The notes under the pieces: generated by a model | Seen by the model: the letters and a program-made list of their open reading frames with translations, nothing else | Told to the model about the DNA's origin: nothing | The model's database searches: none | Program-made: the position numbers and the translations under genes | Source of the DNA: a virus | Direction: 5' to 3' (one strand) | DNA length: 64,000 bases | IMG/VR virus record: IMGVR_UViG_3300043411_001639 | Coordinates: 1 to 64,000 of that record | Shown: positions 59,459 through 64,000 of the stretch, in pieces | Position numbering within the stretch: position 1 is the stretch's first letter | How the letters are laid out: each line of letters begins with the position of its first letter

Positions 59459-60229
59459 ATGATGACTCAAGATGAACAAAAACTATTATCAACCTATGCA
59501 GTGCCTAGTTGGTTAGATCCTCTAACAGAGATCAAACAACCTGATCAACCTGAATGGTTTAGTGAGTTAACCAAGGAAAGAAAGGCAGTTGAGTTTATTC
59601 ATTTGTCTTTGTTTTGTTTATATCCATTAGTTAGCCACAATATTGAAAGAGCATTCCAGGTTTGTTCTAATTCAATCTCTGAAACTGGATGGGGTAAAAC
59701 CTGGAGAGGTTGGAATTTTGGTGGTTGGAAAGTAAGACAATCTTGGGTTGAACAACACAGACAAGATCATCAGGGTAAAAACCCTAGTTGGTTTAGAGCT
59801 TTAGGACACGTTAAAAGTGGTGATGCTCCTGTTGTGTTTTATAGAGGGTTTAACTCTCCAGAAGAGTTCTATCAAGAGTGGGTTGACAAATTTATTCCAA
59901 GAATATCTCCTATAGATCATAGATACCATAAAACAGGTAAACAGTTCTGGTCTACAGAAGATGAACAATGGTTTCTTGAGTTATGTTTAGCTGGATATAA
60001 AGGTGAAGTAACTCAGGCAAAACCTGAAAAATCTTATGGTGATTTTAAACAAATAGTTAAAAGAGCAAAAACTCTGTTTGTACAAGATGTTTTAAACTTA
60101 GAAACTGATGGCAGTTGGGGTAAGATATCCAAACAAACAAGCAAAGAAGCTAATCTTGTTGATTTATTGCAAGGACACTGGTTGAGTGTTAATGAATTTA
60201 AACTGTTAGTTGATGAACTGAACAGCTAG
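59459..60229 (+). CDS. glucosaminidase/GH73-like peptidoglycan hydrolase
   Basis: SETGWG...NFGGWK...YR.F.S.EE...AGY; C-terminal DG.WG motif. Confidence 0.7.
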   Translation: MMTQDEQKLLSTYAVPSWLDPLTEIKQPDQPEWFSELTKERKAVEFIHLSLFCLYPLVSHNIERAFQVCSNSISETGWGKTWRGWNFGGWKVRQSWVEQHRQDHQGKNPSWFRALGHVKSGDAPVVFYRGFNSPEEFYQEWVDKFIPRISPIDHRYHKTGKQFWSTEDEQWFLELCLAGYKGEVTQAKPEKSYGDFKQIVKRAKTLFVQDVLNLETDGSWGKISKQTSKEANLVDLLQGHWLSVNEFKLLVDELNS

Positions 60230-60510
60230 GCTAGGAGAATTTTTTTCTTAGGAATGTTTTGTTCTGATATTTGAACAGGTACTTTTGATCTATGTTTACC
60301 CACTACAGCAACTAAATCTCTCATGAATTCATTGTTCTCTAGTTCTAGAGACAAGCAATAAATCAAATAAACCATCTGTCTTTGTGACACACCAAAGTTT
60401 TTAATTTCTTTTATTATTTCCCTAACAACTTGTCTTTTCTCTGCTGATAGTTCCATTTCAATGTTAGGTTTTATGATATTGTTATCATCTTCGTTGTTGT
60501 TATCAATCAT
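60226..60510 (-). CDS. hypothetical protein
   Basis: part of a minus-strand operon. Confidence 0.7.
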   Translation of the reverse strand: MIDNNNEDDNNIIKPNIEMELSAEKRQVVREIIKEIKNFGVSQRQMVYLIYCLSLELENNEFMRDLVAVVGKHRSKVPVQISEQNIPKKKILLA

Positions 60511-60512
60511 TA

Positions 60513-60959
60513 TCAGTCTTCCTCTATGGTTGTTGTTCTAACTTGGAACAACTCTTTTCCAGCTATTAACAAGTATTTTACTAGTGTTTTCCCATCAAAC
60601 TGTTCTTTCTTAAGAACTATTAATTTGCCCCATAGTTCATGTTCAAAGATATATTTTGCTTCTTGCCATTCTACCAATGAAACTTTGTTGTTTTCTAGAA
60701 GCTTTCTTACTTGTTCTGGAAGTTCTAGTTTCATCTCTTCAATATTTGGGAGCATAGGAAAATCTTGTGTATCTTTTCCTATTTTTACAGATTGAAATAT
60801 TTCTATTATTTTATGAATGTTGCCACAGTTAGGACATTGAACATAGGAAGGAACCACTTCTCCCTTATTATCTATTAGAGATAATACTATAAATTTAAAC
60901 AGGTCTTGGTGTTGAGGGAGTATACAAACACACCCAACAGAATGTTTGATGAAATCCAT
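60513..60959 (-). CDS. Zn-ribbon hypothetical protein
   Basis: CVC...CPNCGNIH. Confidence 0.7.
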   Translation of the reverse strand: MDFIKHSVGCVCILPQHQDLFKFIVLSLIDNKGEVVPSYVQCPNCGNIHKIIEIFQSVKIGKDTQDFPMLPNIEEMKLELPEQVRKLLENNKVSLVEWQEAKYIFEHELWGKLIVLKKEQFDGKTLVKYLLIAGKELFQVRTTTIEED

Positions 60960-60964
60960 AACAA

Positions 60965-61279
60965 TTATTTGGTGGGTTTGGTAGTTTTAGCAGAAGGTAG
61001 TTCTTCTTGTAGTTCTTTAACGAAAGAAACAATAGTTTTGTCAATGTTTTTTTGGAAAGCATCTAGATTGTTAACTAACATAGTTTTATTTGAAGTTTTT
61101 ACCATTTCAAGAACATCAGAAATCAAGTTTCTTTGAGCTGGATCTGTATATTTTCTCTCTGTGATGGTTTTAATGTTTACAAAATCAAACGTACCTTCTG
61201 TTATTTGGTTTGTTAGTTTAAAGATCTCTGCTTCAATTTTTGATTTTAGTTGTTGTTTTTGTTGTTCTAGGGTTGACAT
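60965..61279 (-). CDS. hypothetical protein
   Basis: 104 aa helical ORF in operon. Confidence 0.7.
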   Translation of the reverse strand: MSTLEQQKQQLKSKIEAEIFKLTNQITEGTFDFVNIKTITERKYTDPAQRNLISDVLEMVKTSNKTMLVNNLDAFQKNIDKTIVSFVKELQEELPSAKTTKPTK

Positions 61280-61287
61280 AGTTTATA

Positions 61288-61812
61288 TTATCTTGTGTGT
61301 TTGTCAGCAATTGTAAAGGCTGCAATGCTATCAGGCTTTAATTTACAGTCAAAACCTGAACTTACAACATAGGATTTTAGGTTGTCTGAAAATCCAGAAG
61401 TAAATTGTTTTGCTTCTTTTGGTGAAGCATCAATATGAATCTCTGATTTAAGTCCTATTTGGTCTTGTATTTGAGTTGCTAGATCAATACTGATAGTAGC
61501 TTCTTCAAACATTCTTGCTTGTTGATTACCTCTATATTGTTCCCTTGGTTTCCAGTTGACAGAGTAGAAATAGTTTCCTCCTTTACCTACCGTATACAAA
61601 CAAACAACAGAAATAAACCTGAACCTTAATCCCATGATGTTACTATCTGTACCAACATAAAGTTTTAAGTCTTCTTCATGTTTTAGTTTTGTTTGAGTTT
61701 TCAACCATTCAAACAGTTGAGTTTTGGTTATAGTTTCACTATCAGGATTTAACCAGATACTCAAACTTTCTATTGGAGGCTCTATGATTACTGGTTTTTT
61801 AGTGTTCTTCAT
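61288..61812 (-). CDS. RNase H-like YkuK/DUF458-family protein
   Basis: YVGTDS, RMFEEA..S, EIHID, KPDS.AA..IAD. Confidence 0.8.
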   Translation of the reverse strand: MKNTKKPVIIEPPIESLSIWLNPDSETITKTQLFEWLKTQTKLKHEEDLKLYVGTDSNIMGLRFRFISVVCLYTVGKGGNYFYSVNWKPREQYRGNQQARMFEEATISIDLATQIQDQIGLKSEIHIDASPKEAKQFTSGFSDNLKSYVVSSGFDCKLKPDSIAAFTIADKHTR

Positions 61813-62476
61813 TGGTTTTACTGCTATCTGTTTTTAAATTTACGTAGGTATTTGGATTTTGTCTTGTTCTAACTAAAAAATTACTTTTGATATATTGACA
61901 GTAATAATCTTTGCACATGTTTGGACGTTGTGAATAAATTGTACATACTCCTGATTTAACATTCAAGAATTTACAAACAAACCTCTGTCCATATACTTGT
62001 ATACGTAACATTGGATAAGATTTTTCATTTCTAAACACTGGATGATCATTGAACCATGTTTCACCTAGTAACTTACCTTCTTCATAATCTATTACTATAT
62101 CTTCTCTTGACAAGAACATTTTCTTGGTTGTTTTAAACCATTGTCTTATGTCTTCAATCCATTGTTCGTCTACTTTACCTAAAACGTGTTCAAGATCATT
62201 TGGATCTAGCATACAACAAGCACATTTTAATCCTTCATAACCACAACAGTTTTCTAAACATGTTTTCTTTGCTACCTCATCAGTAAATCTTTGTTTGTGA
62301 GGATTGTTTTCCCATTGAGTTGCATCATTAATATAAAGAACAGGTAGGTGATATTTGTTTAATACTTTTTGTGGTTGTTCAACTTCATTAACAACTTCTA
62401 CAGGTTGTGATTCAGGAATTTTCCTAATTATCCTGTCTGTTGAGATTAACAATTTTCTTTTTTGAACATCAGGCAT
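61799..62476 (-). CDS. YkgJ-family Cys-cluster (Zn/Fe-chelating) protein
   Basis: C...CC......CC and CKFL....CTIYSQRPNMCKDY.C. Confidence 0.75.
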   Translation of the reverse strand: MPDVQKRKLLISTDRIIRKIPESQPVEVVNEVEQPQKVLNKYHLPVLYINDATQWENNPHKQRFTDEVAKKTCLENCCGYEGLKCACCMLDPNDLEHVLGKVDEQWIEDIRQWFKTTKKMFLSREDIVIDYEEGKLLGETWFNDHPVFRNEKSYPMLRIQVYGQRFVCKFLNVKSGVCTIYSQRPNMCKDYYCQYIKSNFLVRTRQNPNTYVNLKTDSSKTNEEH

Positions 62477-62498
62477 TTCTCACCACGATACTTATAGC

Positions 62499-63854
62499 AT
62501 GAATAACATGCAACTACAAGAAGAGATAAATTTAAACAGACTAAAACAAGAAACAGAGTTCAACAAAGTTTTCATAGAAAACAACTTGTTCTTTCTTGAT
62601 AATATTGAGGAACTCCAACAGAGTTTAACAGAACAGATAGAAACTGCTGAACAAGCTCTTGAATTTTATAATCTTCCAAAGATAAAAAATCATACTCAGA
62701 AACTTTGGGAACAACTAGCTGAATCTATTGCTCAAGGAGAACAAGAAAAAACCATAGGTTCTATCTGTGAGATATTTAATACTTATGCTTGTATAGCAGA
62801 TGAATTAGATGAAGAAAGAAAACTAGTTCTTGAAAGTAAAAACAACTGGTTTAAATTCAGCCTAAAACCTGAACTAGTACAAGAGTTAACTTCTACACTA
62901 GATTCCAGCCAGAAGCAACAACTGTCAGAACAACTAGAATCAGTTAAGCATCCAGTTTTAATGGAACAACTAGAGTTCTTACAAGAAAAAGTAACCACTG
63001 AAAACATTCAAGAACTACAACAAGCTGTTGCAGCATTAACCAAACTTGTTAAGAGTTTTCCTAAACTTGGTGAAATTAACAAACTTGTTCAGAAAACAAA
63101 TGTTGAGGTTGTTAACATGATCAGAAATAAAGGGTTTTTAAGCTCATTTAATCTTTCTGCTACAAGACTTGCTGGGAAAATAACATTTGTTTATGATGGT
63201 TTATATGAATTTTTTGTTCAAGATTTACCTTTAATACTAAATCTTCCTGATATGGAAGCAACAAAATTAAATCCAGATCAAGATTTATTAACATCTCTAG
63301 GCCAGAATTCAAAAAAAGTTGAAGAGATGATAAAAGGAAGAATTGAACCAACAACCCTATCAAAACTTCTACAATTTGTTGGTTCAGGTGGGACTAAACC
63401 TTCAATTGGATCAATGATTAATTTAAATCAATTTGCTAGAGAGATGCTAGAACTCACATACACTGAGATAGAGAGTTTAACAAAATATGGTCAAGCATTA
63501 CCAAAACCCCTAGCTGCTCCTAAACCAGAACAACCAAAGCCTGGAGAAACTCAACAACCTAGTGGTCAAGAACAACCCCTACCAACTATTCCTCCAGAAT
63601 GGAGTAATCAACCCACAACACCTGATAAACTTGAGACCATTAAAAAAGCTACCAAAGAAGATTCTGGACAGATGATCATTAATTTTAGAGATAATAAGGG
63701 TCAACCTCTTCCAGATAATGAAATGGTTAAATTATTAAAACTTCCCAAAGAACAACTGGTACAAATTCTTGATAAACTAGCAGAGAAGAACAATACACCA
63801 ACCCCCCCATCTTCACCACCTACCCCTAATGCTCCTGGTTCAACAGGAAACTAA
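62499..63854 (+). CDS. probable late/virion protein (helical, Pro-rich C-terminus)
   Basis: 451 aa; many L-x-E sites; upstream TACTTA. Confidence 0.6.
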   Translation: MNNMQLQEEINLNRLKQETEFNKVFIENNLFFLDNIEELQQSLTEQIETAEQALEFYNLPKIKNHTQKLWEQLAESIAQGEQEKTIGSICEIFNTYACIADELDEERKLVLESKNNWFKFSLKPELVQELTSTLDSSQKQQLSEQLESVKHPVLMEQLEFLQEKVTTENIQELQQAVAALTKLVKSFPKLGEINKLVQKTNVEVVNMIRNKGFLSSFNLSATRLAGKITFVYDGLYEFFVQDLPLILNLPDMEATKLNPDQDLLTSLGQNSKKVEEMIKGRIEPTTLSKLLQFVGSGGTKPSIGSMINLNQFAREMLELTYTEIESLTKYGQALPKPLAAPKPEQPKPGETQQPSGQEQPLPTIPPEWSNQPTTPDKLETIKKATKEDSGQMIINFRDNKGQPLPDNEMVKLLKLPKEQLVQILDKLAEKNNTPTPPSSPPTPNAPGSTGN

Positions 63855-64000
63855 ATATTTTCTAAAACTATAGCTCCACCAGTCTGATCAATCAACAATT
63901 TTTTAAGTTTCTCTCCAAACAACCAACCCAACTTTAAACTAACAACGGGAACTATCTTCTTGATAGATTTCAAGTATCCTGGTTTCACAACTCCATAGTG

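Noticed and set aside
1-64000. Alternative genetic code (stop-codon reassignment)
   Set aside because: Long conserved genes (ileS, mnmA, amidase) are intact in code 11. Small ORFs tile with ATGA/TGATG overlaps, all three stops are used, and no suppressor tRNA was found.

Overview
This window is a segment of a large, AT-rich dsDNA bacteriophage (jumbo/T4-like style). It has no capsid, terminase or polymerase genes. From 1 to about 55.1 kb it is an almost entirely plus-strand 'early/accessory' region of small, tightly coupled ORFs, many in expanded paralogue families. These are driven by at least 33 copies of one sigma70-type promoter (TTGCA[A/T]-17 bp-TAnnnT with an extended TG). The region carries a translation-takeover kit: a type-II IleRS, MnmA, a CCA/poly(A)-type nucleotidyltransferase, a bL12-CTD protein, and tRNAs only for AT-rich codons (Arg-UCU x3, Ile-UAU x2, Leu-UAA, Leu-CAA, Lys-UUU). 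Several tRNA-like or structured ncRNAs are also present. Promoter density and GC content rise towards 55 kb, ending in two very GC-rich genes. Near-perfect sigma54 (-24/-12) boxes sit in tandem with the sigma70 promoters there, pointing away from a palindrome at about 52.81 kb. This points to a high-GC, sigma54-using host, possibly a myxobacterium (inference). An abrupt junction at about 55.1-55.25 kb is followed by an AT-rich block. It encodes three minimal protein-kinase paralogues and a GNAT acetyltransferase with T4-like capsid-targeting N-termini, two peptidoglycan hydrolases, an RNase H-like YkuK protein and a YkgJ-type Cys-cluster protein. All calls are from manual reading; no database searches were run.
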